NCBI GenBank assembly: GCA_040954595.2
Contig: CM082592.2
Location: forward strand, 4,976,735-5,040,734
Origin: Balanoglossus misakiensis
Lineage: Eukaryota; Animalia; Hemichordata
Length of the DNA stretch: 64,000 bases
Reading direction: 5' to 3'
The translations under genes and the position numbers were made by a program. Below, in pieces: positions 43,343 to 58,525 of this stretch; within the stretch, counting starts at the first letter, position 1; every line of letters starts with the position of its first letter. The notes under the pieces are model-generated. The model was not told the origin of the DNA. It ran no database searches and worked only from the letters and a program-made list of their open reading frames with translations.

Positions 43343-46300
43343 ATGCCTGGACACCAGTGTAAATTCATCGAGAAAGTCGGTCGAAAATACATCTGCCCGT
43401 TCTGTCGACTTCCGATGAGAGACCCAGTGCAGATCACGACCTGCGCTCACCACTTCTGCGACACCTGCCTGCAGGAATATCTAAGGTAAATAACGATGCA
43501 CTTGGTTTGTGAGAAAAAAGCTCTCATTTTGCTATGATAGCTTTCTCCTCCTGAGCTCTGTTGTTCAGCAGCCATTGTGCATTCAATTTCTATTCCTTTT
43601 AAATGCAGACGACAAGACACTTCCATCATGGCCACGGTACAAAGTACAATACGCATAATTGGCACCGTGGTTTAAATATAGCCGCGACTGCAATAAAACG
43701 TGTCAGTCTATAAATTTTATACGGGTTTGAACCCAGTTTTGTAAATTTGTAGTGGTTGTGAGCTAAAATGCATTCAAACCTCAAGTGGCAAGTGTAATAC
43801 TTGAACAGATGGTGTACTGCCACGCACGACTTCCATAATTTTGAAATTGTCAAATTTATGTGCTTTTATGACGCTAGGTCGTCTCTTTTCAAGACCCTGA
43901 ACATTTTTTATTAGACTTATATCCACAGGTCTGACCTCTATTCCAAATAAACACCCAGTCTTTTTTATAAGCATGTAAATTTTCTAAACCCAGAAACGAT
44001 TTCTCTCACTATTAAAATTTATGCAATTTACGTGATGAATATAATTTACATTTTAATATTGAAATCAGATAAATGATTTTTCACAGTTTCATTACACAAA
44101 ATCTTCACAACCCCACCCCTTGAAAAAGCAGGCCATATTCTTGGCTCGTCTTTTCCTCAAATTATATCTCCCTGGATGGATGGCCTAGCTTTTTCACATA
44201 TCTCTCACATGAATCATTACTTAATTATTATGAAAGGTTCATTGAAATGTGCATAAATTATTAATGTAAGTATTCTATAATTTTCCAGTAAGACTCAGTT
44301 TGGGTCAGCCTTCACACAGACTACGATAGGTTTACTGTTCACTTGGTAGGTTAGGAAATCCTGTACCACTGTTTTACCAGACATTGGTAAAGGAACCTCA
44401 GTAACCAGTGACTGTATTAAAGAGATCCTCAGTATTTAATGGGCTACTACAAGTAACGAAAATGTTGAAGACGATAAACTTCTCAAATAAAGATAGACCA
44501 TGATTTAATTATGGTGTGCATAATCTGTTTATGTTCTGATAATTCCTGGCTTGTTCCAAACCTAATTCCTGATTTATTGGCAAAATGACTGCAATGCATA
44601 GTTCAAAGAAGGGGCGGCGTGTCTGTTCTACATTTCAAAACATGCGGATAGTGTCCAGCAGATTGCGCACCAACATGGTTTATGTGCTTATTAAAAAAAG
44701 CTATCATGTGTCAATGTAAATGGCAAAGGCCAAACGGTCACCATTATTAGGTGAAAGTGTAACTTTGGTCGTAAATTTCATGATCGAAAGGGTAAAGGTT
44801 AAATATATCTTTAATAGGAAGTGCAGTGCATGTTCTCTAAGGCAGTACCAGAGTATTGCCAGACAATGGTTGCTATGGTGATTTTTTTTTTCAAATTTCA
44901 CCATTAAATAATAATGTTGATTGTCTAAGAAGGAAATAGCGCAAGGATTGGAAAAATTAAACATGCATCTGCACATGCTTTTGAATAAAATGTCTCTGCT
45001 CCAATCAGTGAACAGACTAGACATTCCGGTATAAACTTTGCATATACAGCACATCCACCCATGGCGTATAAAGCTAGTTACTGTCACATAATTACAGTCA
45101 CGCACAGTAAAAAATAAAAGCGCTTTAATATTTAGCACCAATAATCCTGGCTATAATCATGATGTGTTCACTTCCTGTGGTGTACAAAGACCACTGCAAT
45201 ATGTGCATATGTACATGCATGACTATGTCAATTTTGATGGTAGGTAGATAATTGGCCAACGGCCAGCTGGCGATAATCTCTCAAAATAAAAAAGGATACA
45301 TATGTTTTAAAGGATTTTTACTGGCATGTGGCCAGTTATGATGTTCAATGCATTCGGCTTTGTAGAGAGGAAAACATTTATTTAATATTTGTTCAGTGAA
45401 CTGGCCACGTTATTCTCATAAACTGAAAAAAAATGTTCTGTTGGGCAAATTCAATACTGAAATAAAAAATAAACTCTCAGCATTGAAATTATGGGGAAAA
45501 ATAACATGCTCCATTGAGAAGTTTAATAATGTGCAGAAAATATTCAACCCAGCTGTGGCCTTGTAAATTCAAAGTTTTTGTGTAAAATGGCAAAATCACT
45601 CTGATTTTATTCTATCTCTTCATGCACACAAATTATGTAGGATATCCGTTCGTACTGAAGATTCTGCATTCCATACCATCACAGCAGCTTTTGGCCCCAC
45701 CCGTTTTATATCCCTATAGATACATTGATATGATCAGAAATGATGTCATACTGGTATTTAGGGTCAGGTACATGTATCCAGGAAATACTGATACGTGCAC
45801 CTTCTACCAAAACAACCAGGTCACTGTGGGCTAAAAGTGCCAACTGTAAAATATTTTAACAACTGGTAAATCGGGGAAACTTTTCCCTAATGTATGGCCA
45901 TAAACATCGAAACATACTGAAGTTTATTTTTTCTGGGATGACAAAATTGGTCCCATAGGGCTGTGTGGTTACCTAAGTGAATGTAACGAATATGTAACTA
46001 TGTACAAATTAAATATCAATAGATTTTATAGTACGACATTGTCTTTTAATGTCAGATTTTTTTAAAACCAGTGAAGTGATAGTGTACCTCTGTTCAGCAT
46101 ATATGGACTAAAACCAGGTGTAATGTTCCTCAGGTTTTTGAAAGACTTTGTGCCAGGTGTTTTTGCTATGTACTCTACCCAAGAAACACTTCACTACACT
46201 TAAATACAGAAAAGAATGATGATATATGACCATGCTGATTTGTGGTGCGACAGAACGAGAAGTAACTGAACAGTATGAGTTTTTGATGTGACCTATAATT

Positions 46301-49300
46301 CACAAGTAATGAGAAGTACCCGCAAAATACACAGATATTGACACGCACGTATGCACAGTGGCTGCATATGACACCTGTTTTCAGACAGATTCCTTCAAGT
46401 GCAGTGTGTGTGAAATTTGTACTGACTTTGGCCCTTTCACTGCATTGGTTCGATCCGAGTCCACTGTTTTCCATGGTAAAGTTGGAACTCTACAAGGGGA
46501 AACGGGGGTGAAAGGGTTAATCAGTCTGACTTTGAGAAAAGGAGAGCAAATTGTCAGGTCATACTTTGACACTACCGTGATGGTACCTGACTTGGCAAAG
46601 GCTGAAATTATTTGATTCCTGTGAGTGTCTATAGTTGTTTCCACAAAGATCAAACAAGTACTATTGTGTAACAGAAGCTGGAGAAATCCACTCCTACACA
46701 AAGTTAGATAAAACTGTCGTCCTGTAAGAGGAAAACAATAGCAGCAGAACCCAAGCCCAGGATGTGAGTCAGAGAAACACGAACGGTGCAGTACGTGTGT
46801 GAGGAAACACCGTCCTGACCGATATGCCCTCGTGAATCGCAAGTATGTCAAGGACCGTGGGTTTTTTGTTGGAACAGCCTTCGAGCTTTTTCAAGGCATT
46901 GTGATAAGAGTTGCCCTCATAGCCTGACCCCGCTTTTCTTCTGGTGTGTATATTGGAGTCAATGAGTGATTCGCTCTCATGTTCTCTATACCTGCATCCT
47001 GTTCCTACAAAAAAGGGTGTCATCTTCGCGCCCGGTAGCCATTGTTGAATTCCACAAGTAAAATCGTGGATGCCAGAAAAGATAACATTGAAAAGAGAGG
47101 ATTTTTTTTTATGTCGGATTGTTTAGCTGTGGTCCAAACAGGAAAGACATAAAAAATTTATTAAATCGTCCTAGTTACGTGTACATAGTTCATCCTGATT
47201 GATATAATAATTGATTACAGTATTTTGTATTTTGAGAATTGATTTAACAATCCACCGGAGACCTATATGGAAAATCTGAAATCAGCTAATGTCAGAGTTC
47301 TGGTCAAAGAATCATATCTTGTGGCACTATATGTACATAGAAGATATTTGCCCCCAATGCGCTAGGTTTTCATTATCAAACCAGTGCAGACGTCTGTACT
47401 GTGGGAAACATGGTTTAAAAACCTGTACAAGGGTTCTCGGGTTAAGAGCAGTTGACCGGGCCCGCGGGGTGCGGCCAGCCGAAAGGCTGATATTTTGACA
47501 GGCCTGAGTTGTCACACAGTGGGCAGTAGGCTTGTCCCTGACGCAAGAGGTCTTGTTTCGTGCTACTGACTGCTGTGTGTGTACGTGAATGCATGTGTAT
47601 GGGATCGCTTCAAGCATCTGCTCAGTGTGTTGAATGTCAAGAAGCTATCGCTATGTGATATTTGATACTAAATTAAAATGTACAATTCACACCACGTATC
47701 ACATCACTATTGTATGGCGCTATATGTATAGATTTGGTCGAATAGAAATAATTTCAATGGGAATTTTTATTGGGAACCGATCAAATTTTTCAGCAAGTGT
47801 CCCTAAAGCAGCAACCAATGAAATGAACAGAATGATGAAAGTGCTTGGATGATTTGCTAATTAACCAGGGAAGATTGAGTAATCAATTAAACGATGCCTG
47901 AATCCTGAATCATGAATGGAACTGGTTAATGCAGATGTAAATTACCTGAAAATTCTGCATGTGAACTGCATGCATGGGTCTTACAAGTTAATTACCGGTA
48001 TTCTTATAAAACAAGCTAATGGATGGGGGAAGTGGTGGTTGTAGATTGCGTCATAGGTAGAGGAGGGTACAATAGAGGGAGAGGGGTAAACCTAGATGGA
48101 GTGGGGGGGGGGGGTAAATACATGTAGAAAGGGACCAATGTAAGAAGATTGTCACCCAAAGTGCCTACATACATATTGAAGTACCTCGGTCAGGTTAATG
48201 TCACAGTGATTGGGTGGGAAAGTGTCCTGTACCTTCGGGCAAAGTGCAACTCGAGACTAAAGTGACTTTGTCTCTGTTCGCTGAGACGTGGTGGGGTGTC
48301 CAAATGATCCTGTGTGTTTTCAGGTGCATGAAACGCCATTAGGGCACAGTTCCGTGTTGAATTGTTCTTGTGCTGATGGCATGACCTTGATGTTTCAGGG
48401 CATTGTCAACACCCGGGTGCCTAAAGTCTTGAAATGTCTTACTTTAGAGTCCTGGGCTGGGCCATTTTAAGCAACTGGTGTGTGGTTCATGACTTTTAAA
48501 TTAGACATAAAAGTCCCAGATGTGAATTTTTTAAAAAATGTGTCCATTTGTACTTGTCGAAAAAGAATTTCGCACTTGTGTGTTTGTTTGTTGACGTCTG
48601 CAGGTGGTTTCGTAGCTGGAGGGTGGTGGAAGGTTTCAATGAGTAAATTGTCATCGCTTGATGTCCTCAATAGAAAGTTGAGAACATCTACCTGAGAGTT
48701 GAATCGTTCAGCCCCCACAGGGCACTGCTAGATAATGTGATTGATTAAGTCGTCAGGCATGATCAGTTTCTGTTTTTGCTGAATTTCGCCCAGTTCTCAC
48801 GTGGCGAGGTTCTGCTTTTGTGATACCTAGGTGTATATTCAGCTGTTCAGGAATGCAACTGGCTGAGTTTTTATGTGGGAAAGTTACATCCCTGCCGCAT
48901 TGATGTGGCCGTGCGATGTCAGTTGGAGGAATTTCACAAATTTCGTAATGATGATGGTGTCATGACAAGTATGTGAGATTAATTCGTCTGGGTCCTGCGT
49001 GTCGCTTGCAATCTAAATTGAACAAAAACATGTCTAGAATTTTTTTCACGGGGTGGATAGATACAGTGACAAAAATCTGACATTGATGTATCGCACAAGT
49101 CCAGCAATCTCAAATGTTGATGCATAGCACAGGAAAATTCTCAAGCAGTCTTCGTGTATCCGAATTTTACAGTAAACCTGGATTCGTTCAGTGCAAGAGG
49201 TGATATGAGGGTCAGATTCGCATTACAAAGCAATTTTTCGGAAGTCATTGGTGAAGTTCTTAAAAAAAACGGCCAAGAACTATTTGACATCATTCCATAT

Positions 49301-52300
49301 CATGAACAAGCACATCCACTTGTTTTCTTCCTATTTTCCCGATAAAATGCTTGATACTTTGCCATGTGGTACAAAGTTGTTGCATTTTCAAACAGTTTCA
49401 TTATATACCACTGGCCTTTTAAAATTCTTTCAAAGAGTTTTGGGAATGTGCAGGTGTCAGCCAGTTATATTTGCGAGAGTTCGCTATATTTTCTTTTTCA
49501 ATTATCCGGAACCTGCAGTTGTTTGTCTTTTACGGTCCTAGCGTAAAAGGCAAGCAGAATTTAAATATTGACGTACACTTTGTCTTGAAAAACAGCCCTT
49601 TATTTCACGGCAATAATTACTTCCTGCCCCAGCTTCTTCTCACTCAGTGCCATTATCCCGAGAATTTCCATTTGTATGGTGATGATGTAGGTGTTGTTAT
49701 TACTGTAGAACGACCTCTTATGTCATGCCTTTTTCTCTCTTTTTTGTCTCGTTTACAGTGAAGGTATTTTTGAATGCCCTGAAGACAGGCTGCCGCTGGA
49801 CTATGCAAAGGTGAGTAGGACAACCGAGTTGAAATGGAGCGCGAGGAATTCACTTTTTGTTTCAAATTACACTGGCGAATGTCGGGGAGGCAGTTATGCG
49901 TAACCATTGTTATTGTTGTCATCATCATCTTGTTCTGGCTAGATGATTCCCACACTATTAAATATTTCCCGTTTCATATTCCCTGGCAACTAGACCACTG
50001 ACAACCCCCTGCCCCGCCCCGCCCGTAAGACAAGTGGTTTAACCCTATTGTTTTCCGAGTATTGGACTTTTAATGGTTTTACTTGAGAAAACTCAGGTAC
50101 TAGGTTTTCAGCGCCTATTTTATTAGTATTTTGCACAAACTTGAGAACATCGAGGGAGTTCAGGCATTTGTTTTGATTGTCGTTTCGACAATTCCATACT
50201 AGCATTTAAAAAAGGAGTGGTCCAAAACATACACTTGATATGAAGTCAAGATGGTTAATTTACTGTAATGTCGGCTGCCATCAGGAAATATGTCATGAAA
50301 TTTTGTAAATAAAATTCACATAGGAAAAAAGTTATTACTAGTAGACTGTTTTTACGTAAAATTCATCAAATTTGCCTCATTGCAAAAAGAAAAAGAAAGT
50401 AAATTTCAGTTACTGAAGTGAACCAGGGTAAAAGTGTGAGTCGTTTGTTGATGCTTCACAACTCCACCCAAAGACAACTTCCTGTTCATTAAAACGTAAT
50501 TGAAAAGTTGTTGGTTGCTTGCACTTGTAGGCGATGTTTTGCAATGTGTTGCTCAAGCAAATAACGCTCTTTGTTCCATAGAGTGGTGGCCACTCCTGCT
50601 TTGCTTTGAAAAAAAGTCAAATAAACGGAAAGTATGTTGTAAATGTTGACCCGACATCGAGTGGGGTAATACCACATACCTTAGGGACTGTCCAGAATTT
50701 ACTTCCAGGGGGGGGCTGGAGGATTTTCAGGGGGGGCCACCCATTTTCCCCAAGAAAAATTAGGGGGGGTCAGACATAAAAATCACAATCCTTTAGGGGG
50801 GGCCATGTAAAATACTCTCACAAACTCAATATTTGCCCAGAAGCACTGATTTATACAATGTATAAGAAACAAACCACCATGGCTACCTGGATGACAGATG
50901 AACTCCGCAAGTGCATTAAATCTTCATAAGCTTGAATTTCCGGTAATTTTTACGGTGGGTTATTTTGTATATCTACTACAGTTTCTTGTTCTACTCTGTG
51001 AAGCATAATAAAATGCCCAGTATTTGCCCTGCCAGCACAGACCATAAATGTACAGTGAACAGTCAGTGTTGTTACTGTTGACGAGCTCAATTCAAGTCCA
51101 GACTAGAATTCGTTAATTTTCTCATCAATCATTCATATATGTATATAAAAAGTTAATTTGCTTTTGGGTTCATTAAAATGCAGCTTTGAGCTCTGTATTT
51201 TATAAAATTTTCTTACAAACCCACCCCCTTCACTTCTCGGTTTACAATATCTGCCAACACAGAATACAAATACTTAACAAATATAAACAATGTTCAGTTT
51301 TAATATCCACTGATGAGGAAAAACATCAGTTTCAAATTATTTTCATGGGAGCGCTGTTTTTCTTTTTTTACAAGATAGATAGGTGATGTGTTTTGCTGTG
51401 TGAAAGAAAATGGGGGGTGGGATTTCAAAATTTTAAGCTGTTCGGAAGGGGGGGATTTGAAAATATTTCGGGTTGTTGAGGGGGGTATGTGAAAATTAAC
51501 GGTAAAAAAAATTTAATTCTCCCCCCCCCCCCCTTCCAGAGGTGTTTGTAAATGCAGCCTTATCAGACTGTATGTGTCGTAGTCTGTACCGGTAAGCATG
51601 CATGTATATATTGGGGGGGGGGGGGGGGGGGGGGGTCATGGAAAAAAAACAAGAAATTTACGGGGGGGCCACAGATTTCCTCCACAATTTACAAGGGGGG
51701 GCCATGGAAAAAAATCACCAGGAAAATAAGAAATCCTCCAGCCCCACCCTGGAAGTAAATTCTGGACAGTCCCTTATACACCTTTGTCATCAATGTTGTT
51801 AAACACACTCTGACAGTTTGCATTGCTATCCAATTCGCTGCCTGATTGATAATACTAGTATTCCCAGCTTTTCTATTACAATTTGTCAAAAATTTCCTGA
51901 ATTCAATCTTTATTTTGCAACAAGTCCATGACGGATATTGTTTGTGTGAATCGGTTCCAAAATAGGCCAGGTACCATCAAAAAAATTATGAAACAGGAAT
52001 GTTTGTGGTGAGCAAACATTGCAGGAAGGAAAGTCTGTTAGCATTCCATGACATCACATTTTTCCAAAGTATGTGTGTTTTGTGTAGCAATATTCACAAC
52101 ATTTAAATACTGTTATGCAATTTGAAAGGGAAAATCCTAGTGGGTATGCGTGTCTTTTGATGCAAGATGAGCAAGTTAAGGCCTAAAATATTTTGTCACC
52201 TTCACCCGGTATAATAATGCATTTTGTCATCATGGTGTGTTTACAACTTGTTTCATAATTATTGGTTGCTGGAACCCTGGGAGAGTAGTAGGATAATTTT

Positions 52301-54697
52301 AGTTTGTAAATTTCATTTCTGTGCCAAGAGTGCACAAATTCTGTGTAGCAAAGATCAGCGTCACAATATTTAGAATTGAAATTTTTGTAAAAGCACTCCA
52401 TGGATGAGCCTTGTGACTAAATTCGCATTGACCATCATCATACGCCTTTGTTCCCGATTGTTGTGAGCTGTTTGCGCCATAATGCAGGAATGCACATGTC
52501 TACACTGATTGAAAATTTGCCAAAAGATGTCTGCGGCTGCTTTGTGTCTCTGCCACTGTGATGTAATACCCGAGTCAGTTTACTTGGCTGTGCTTGGTCT
52601 AGATCGCCCCAAGTATGCAAGCGAGTCTGTTCCACATACAATCGCTAAACCCCAATTCTAGAATAAATTTGTAGGAAGCACCAAACAAAAGGAGACAAAC
52701 AGTCCAAGTTTGTAACCAAAATAATCGTAGTTGTAATAGAAAAAGCCATCGTGTTTATAGTTTGGGAGTGTGTCTATACTCACTTCAGACTGAAGGACAT
52801 TCTAGTACATGTAGATGTACCGGGGGTATGTCTGTATTAGTTTACATGTGAATAGTGATCTGAAAGTCTGCCAACTCTTCCATGCCCCTATAGCCATGGA
52901 AATTATAGCTTTCAGAATAGTTTCATTCCTTTAGAAAATACACCAAACTAAAAATCGCCTTTTCTAGAAAATTCAAAACATTTTTGGGTCATAATTCCAT
53001 CAGAATATCGACAGCAAAATGCAAGTCTAATAGTGCAATGTTCTGAACTATATAATTGAGAAAATATGAAATTTTGATGAAAAAGGAAAATATATTGGCT
53101 TGGGTAATATGCAGTAGGATTACGATTTTGTCTGACATTGTGTCAGTAAAATACAGGACACTGTTTTGTCTGATAATATAGGTCGATAGATTGTAATTGA
53201 CAATAATACATGTACTTAAATCCGCATTGTCAAATAATAAAACCATTGTTCAGGGAATGAAAGATGTGTTTATTGAGTCTCTCTGAATGCCACGATAAAG
53301 ATGTTTGCTAGGCAGTCACCATGAATGTAGTCTATTGTTAGTTGAGTATGGATGTGTTTGGTCTCGGACACTAGTTGTACTGAATAAATACTGGCTGGAT
53401 TGAGATAATAAAGTTCCTGGTGTTAGGAGATGTCATAACTCTGTATGAAATAACCACTATTGAAAATAATACATGCCGGGTTTCGGCGTCATAATAAAGA
53501 TTGTGAGGAGGAATACTCTTTTAGCTATGCTTTGTGGGTCACATGCAAAAGTTTTCGTTCAAAAAGGTCAGTTGAATTAAAGGGTACTGTACTATGTCTG
53601 GTTATGAGCAAATAAAATTTTACTCATGGCCAAATGAAATAATGTAGACCATGCTTCATCATGCTCATATGTGTAAGAAAAACCCAAACTTGGTACATTA
53701 TAATAAATTTACAGGCAGATGGTCCAGAGTCGGGCTATTGCCCAGTTTTACCCAATATTGGCTTCTTGAAATTTTGTAATCACTCTCTTTTTTTGCTTAC
53801 TTTCTCAGATCTATCCTGATGATGACATGGCCGACGAGATTTGCGGCATGTCCGTTCGATGTACTTACCTCAAGGACGGCTGCAAGTGGCTGGACTTGCT
53901 GTGTGAGCTGCAGGTAGGGGAACGGTCGCTACTATACAGTCGCAGTGAAAAAATGTTTGAAGAACTCTCCTTAGTCAATATATACACTGCTGCAAGGTGA
54001 TCTTGGGAACAGATGAAACAAGGCATATTGATCAATTGTTATGGTGGCTTGACTGTGCTTTGTTTTACAGAATTTTATACATATTAATTTATCAGTGAAT
54101 TCTGGTTTGAGGAGAAAACAAAGTAAATATTTTCGAATGATGTAGAGGGCGCCTTATGTGGTGAATTTTAACGAGTGCATTTGGAATCATGTATCTACGT
54201 ATTAAACTCAGTCTGCACATCAGGGTTTAAATCATTTGTTAACTGCCCAATCACTTGGCCTAATAGTAATAAATTATTTATATCTCAAATTCTTATGTCA
54301 TTTTTATGCCCTATGATTGCTGTTTTTTCAGACTCACCTGGAGAGTTGCAAGTATCACCGAGTGCCGTGTAAAAACGACTGCCAGGCTCTTGTGGCCAGG
54401 AGGCATATGAAGCACCATCTGGAAAGGGAATGTCCGAAACGACGAGTTGCCTGTGAGGCCTGTGGAGCGGATATCCGCGGGGAAAATGCAGAGGTAATTT
54501 TCTGAGTTTTCTGTGGGCAGTGACACATTCAGTATTTTATTTCTAATACACCAAGGTGATACAGTGATGTACAAGCATAGACATTGTCATTGTAAAGCTC
54601 AGCAGAAAAGATTGCATGCTTTCTGAGTAGGAGAGATGTTAAAATGAGAAATGAATCAGCAGATGACTCAATCAACCAATCAGTCAGTCAGTCAAGT

Positions 54698-54730
<33 letters not shown>

Positions 54731-56558
54731 GTGAGTGAGTGAGTGAGTGAGTGAGTGAGTCAATCAAACAATCAATCAACCAACCATTCAAGACATAGCT
54801 ATCTATGCCTGTGCATGTAATGCAAATATTATGTCATTTGACAACAACGAAACTTGTGTACAAGTAAACTTGATGTGCTGTTACATCACTTTCCACCAAC
54901 AGAGCCACAAGAGAGTATGTACCTACGAGAAGCTATCGTGCGAAAACAATTGTGGCGTCAAACTACAGAGACGCTACATGTCCAATCATAGGCTGAACGA
55001 GTGTCCCAAAAGGTCAATCGAGTGCAAATACTGCAAGAAGGACTTTGTGTATGACAACTTACAGGTGAGTTGAGTGTGCGGGGTTTCAGAGGCTATGAAG
55101 CAGGGGCTTAAAATGACTTCAAAGAAAAGTAGTGGTATTCGAAGTTCCAACCTAGCATAGAAGGAATTTCTGTTGTCTTTATTCAGTTCATCCAAAATCA
55201 GGCAAGATTTGTTTCAAGTGTAGCATATCTACTCCATTTTCTACTGATTGTCCGGCAAACCCAGACTGATCACATCTCATTGTGGTTTCTCTCTTTTTCC
55301 CCTTCCCAGAATCATCTCCACGACTGTCCCAGGTATCCGGTGACCTGTCCCAACCGCTGCGACCCCGTGAGAATGGCCAGGGGCGACCTGGAGAAACACC
55401 TCAGGGACCACTGTCCGTCGGCGATCATCTGTTGTCCGTTCAGAGAAAATGGATGCAAACATAAGGTAGGAGAGAGTTATGGTGTCATTTAAGCTGAATG
55501 GGAAATCTAGGGTGAAAGTCTTAGACACAGTATACCGTAGCCAGTACTCTCACTTGGGGTTGTAGTACTTGTAAGTTAAGAGAAGACTTGGAAAATTGCA
55601 AACATCTGTAAATGTATGTTTGGTAGTTACTGAACATTTTTGTTTAATAATTTTCTGATGGAATGCCCAAAATGTCAAACATGGCTGCATTTTGACTTCT
55701 CAAATTAAAATTCCTGACTTTCATCAATAGTAGACACTTACACAGGCATATCATATTAAATATCCAAGTATTATAAGTGGAGGCGGACTACGAAGCCTTT
55801 TCAAATCTAATCACGAATTGCCTAACAGGCCAAAAATTCCTTAGAGAGCACAGGTACGTTAAAACAGTACTTGTTGAAAAATTGCTCTCTCTATAAACCT
55901 GACATTCCTCGCGGTTTTGATTCTACGTCGACAGAGCGCACGCTTCGCCCTCGAGCAGCACCTCAAAGACGACGTGCAGTCGCACCTGCTGATGATGTGC
56001 GAGCTGGCCAAGCGCCAACAGGAGGAGGTGAGCTCGCTGAAGTCGCAGCTGGAGTCCCTCGCCTGCAACACGGACGGCACGCTGCTGTGGAAGATCACGG
56101 GGGTGGCGGCGAAGCTGAACCACCGGTCGCGGAATGGGGAGGAGCAGTTGGAGCTGCGCAGCCCCTGCTTCTTCACCGGCCGCCACGGCTACAAGCTCGC
56201 CCTGACGCTGTTCCCCAACGGCAACGGCAGCGGCGAGGGCACCCACCTGTCGCTTTACCTGAAGGTGCTCCCGGGCGAGTACGACGAGCTCCTGCAGTGG
56301 CCCTTCGCACACCCAGTGGAGTTCTGCCTGGTGGACCAGACGGAGGACTCCAAGCGGAGGAAGCATGTCCGGGAGCGCTTCACGGCCGAGCCGTCCTGGA
56401 AGAACTTCCACCGCCCCAGCAAGGACGTCGTCACGCTGGGCTACGGCTACCCGACTTTCATCTCGCACGACGATCTGAAATCCGTGAAGTACATCAAAGA
56501 CGACTGCATGTTCATAAGAGTGACTGTGGACACGTCAAGAATCGCCCCTCTGATCTAA
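43343..56558 (+). CDS. TRAF4: TNF receptor-associated factor 4 orthologue, 467 aa, 7 exons (RING, TRAF zinc fingers, MATH/TRAF domain)
   Basis: Exons 43343-43485, 49759-49810, 53809-53913, 54332-54493, 54903-55064, 55310-55465, 55935-56558 (1404 nt). The N-terminus MPGHQCKFIEKVGRKYICPFCRLPMRDPVQITTCAHHFCDTCLQEYLSEGIFECPEDRLPLDYAKIYPD closely matches TRAF4. MATH motifs DGTLLWKI, NGNGSGEGTHLSLY, LPGEYDELLQWPF, WKNFHRP and LGYGYPTFISH are present. Confidence 0.96.
50684..51773. mobile_element. 1090-bp non-autonomous DNA transposon, PIF/Harbinger-type (TTA TSD), in TRAF4 intron 2
   Basis: TIRs of about 43 bp, GGGACTGTCCAGAATTTACTTCCAGGGGGGGGCTGGAGGATTT / AAATCCTCCAGCCCCACCCTGGAAGTAAATTCTGGACAGTCCC (one mismatch). 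TTA on both flanks (50681-50683, 51774-51776). No transposase ORF inside. Confidence 0.9.
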
Positions 56559-58525
56559 CCCGTCACCCCTATTTCCTGCATTGTGGTTTGCACCAAAGAG
56601 GAATGGGTTATACAATAATGTATAGGGGAAAAACTATCAGGAAGACTTTTATATGGTAATAATCACTCAAGAAACTTAAAAGCCACGGCAGTATTTAACC
56701 ATGCTCCTCTCTAGATGAAGATACTTACATTTCATGTCATTGTCATGTCACACTGGAAGGTCAGCTTGACACCACTCGCCCTTATATGGTCATCCAGTGA
56801 TGACTCTTGTTACATCACACCTCATCCGTAATCTGTGATGTGATTCGCCAATGTGCTGTCACATGACAGGCAACAGTTCCGAAAACTGTTGCCTGGCTAA
56901 GTTGAGAAGCACCATTGATGCATGCGCACTCCACAAAACTAAGATGGCGATGTCGTCAGCGTCCGGGACCAACTTGATGACAGTGCATGATTTTTTTCTA
57001 CTGGCCTCTGGAGACAGACTGTTTAAGGGCGACTCACAGTCACTCGGAGAAACACAAATATGCTGTTCGACTGATGGCCAGTCAAAGTGTGTATACGTTA
57101 TCACGCTCTGTGTTATATTTATTCAATCTTTAGCCCATACAAGGAGTACTTGTATGTTTCACGTTAGTGAACATGATGCAGCACCATCTCAGTTCCCAGA
57201 TATTTAAACACATAATGGCAACTCTATCAAATACACACTCAGAGTTTTTCAAGGTGTTGTGATATACTTACTTTGGTTGATTGTGGTTTGTTAGAATTAA
57301 CACAGAAGTTAACACGAGTCACAATTCACCCCCCCCCCCCCCCCCCCCCCCCGCCTTCCCCCACCAAGTGTTACATGGGCCAGGATTTGGCCTCGTATTT
57401 AAAATTTGCATTGCACTGCCCTCGTTAGTTCAAACTAAAGCTACTTTTGTTTTTATTTAGTTTAGCAAGTTTATTTTGCAGCGTGTATTTTACTGAATGG
57501 TGAAGCCATGCCTCTGTGGGTACATTCTTTTGTGTTATAAGTTTTTTTCTCCAAGTTTATGTATTTGTATTTTCACTTTGTAGTCTGGTTACAAATTTGC
57601 AAGCTCTGAAAAAAGTTGGAAAAAAAACCAAAAGCGTGACATTCTTAACACACTAAAACTCAGGATTTTAAAGAATATTTTGATACCCCCGTTTTTTACG
57701 TAGCATATTCTCTCCATTCTTGATGAAGCTTCTTTGCGCCGTTGTAAATAAACCAGCGTATGTTTCCAAATTAAAAGTGATTTGAGGTGTTTTCCGTTGA
57801 TGGAAGTGTGATAGAAACACGAAGATCATCAAAACCAGTCACATTTTCATTTGTGACTCTCCAGCTTTTCATGCGCAACCAGACATGTATGTATGTATGT
57901 GTGTGTGTGTGTATGTATGTATGCGGGACTAAACCATGAACAAACATTGGCAAACATCAGAACTCGTTTCATTTTGTAAGAATAAACCTTTATTAGTACT
58001 ACAGTACTCACAGTAATGAATAAAACAATGTATGGGCAATACAGACCGATCCGTTGATCTTAATAATACATGTAATTGAGGGAATTAGTTTATGGACGAT
58101 CTATTATAACCACCCAGTGTAAATAGTTTCTGTGCAGGATATACTAATCTAAGTAAATAGAGAACATTCCCTCGGGTAGGGTAAAATAGAATGTCTATAC
58201 AACCTTCAAGTCAAAATAATCATACCTTTCAATACAAGCAAAAGGGTATGATATTCATGGAAATATTCACCCGACTGGATGATAAGCGTGTGCGTCGTCC
58301 CTTCTGCGGCTGCGCAGTTGACAGAAAGTCAAAATAGGCGCAAATTGGAAATGCTACAATGCACATCATTGTATGGAACGCGGTTATACTGTACACCATG
58401 GCAAATGCGTCGTTACCTTATGTCACATTCCAAATAGCCTTGATGTAAACATGTTTTGATTGGCAGGGTCTCCCCCGCACATGCGCAGTTCGAACGACCC
58501 TTCCCTTGAATTCCATTATTTTCAT

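Noticed and set aside
47476-47489. CAGCC-GAAA-GGCTG GNRA hairpin in a GC-rich patch of TRAF4 intron 1
   Set aside because: An isolated short stem with no larger recognisable RNA structure.
51520-51562. C-tract...GTGTTTGTAAATGCAGCC|TTA, resembling a second Harbinger-type end nested in the 1090-bp element
   Set aside because: No matching left end was found, so it was not called as a separate element.
55871-56659. Long alternative-frame and antisense ORFs over the TRAF4 MATH exon (similar ones overlap MMP exons, e.g. 6556-7008 and 27678-28082)
   Set aside because: They are shadow ORFs caused by very high GC3 in real coding exons and have no recognisable motifs of their own.
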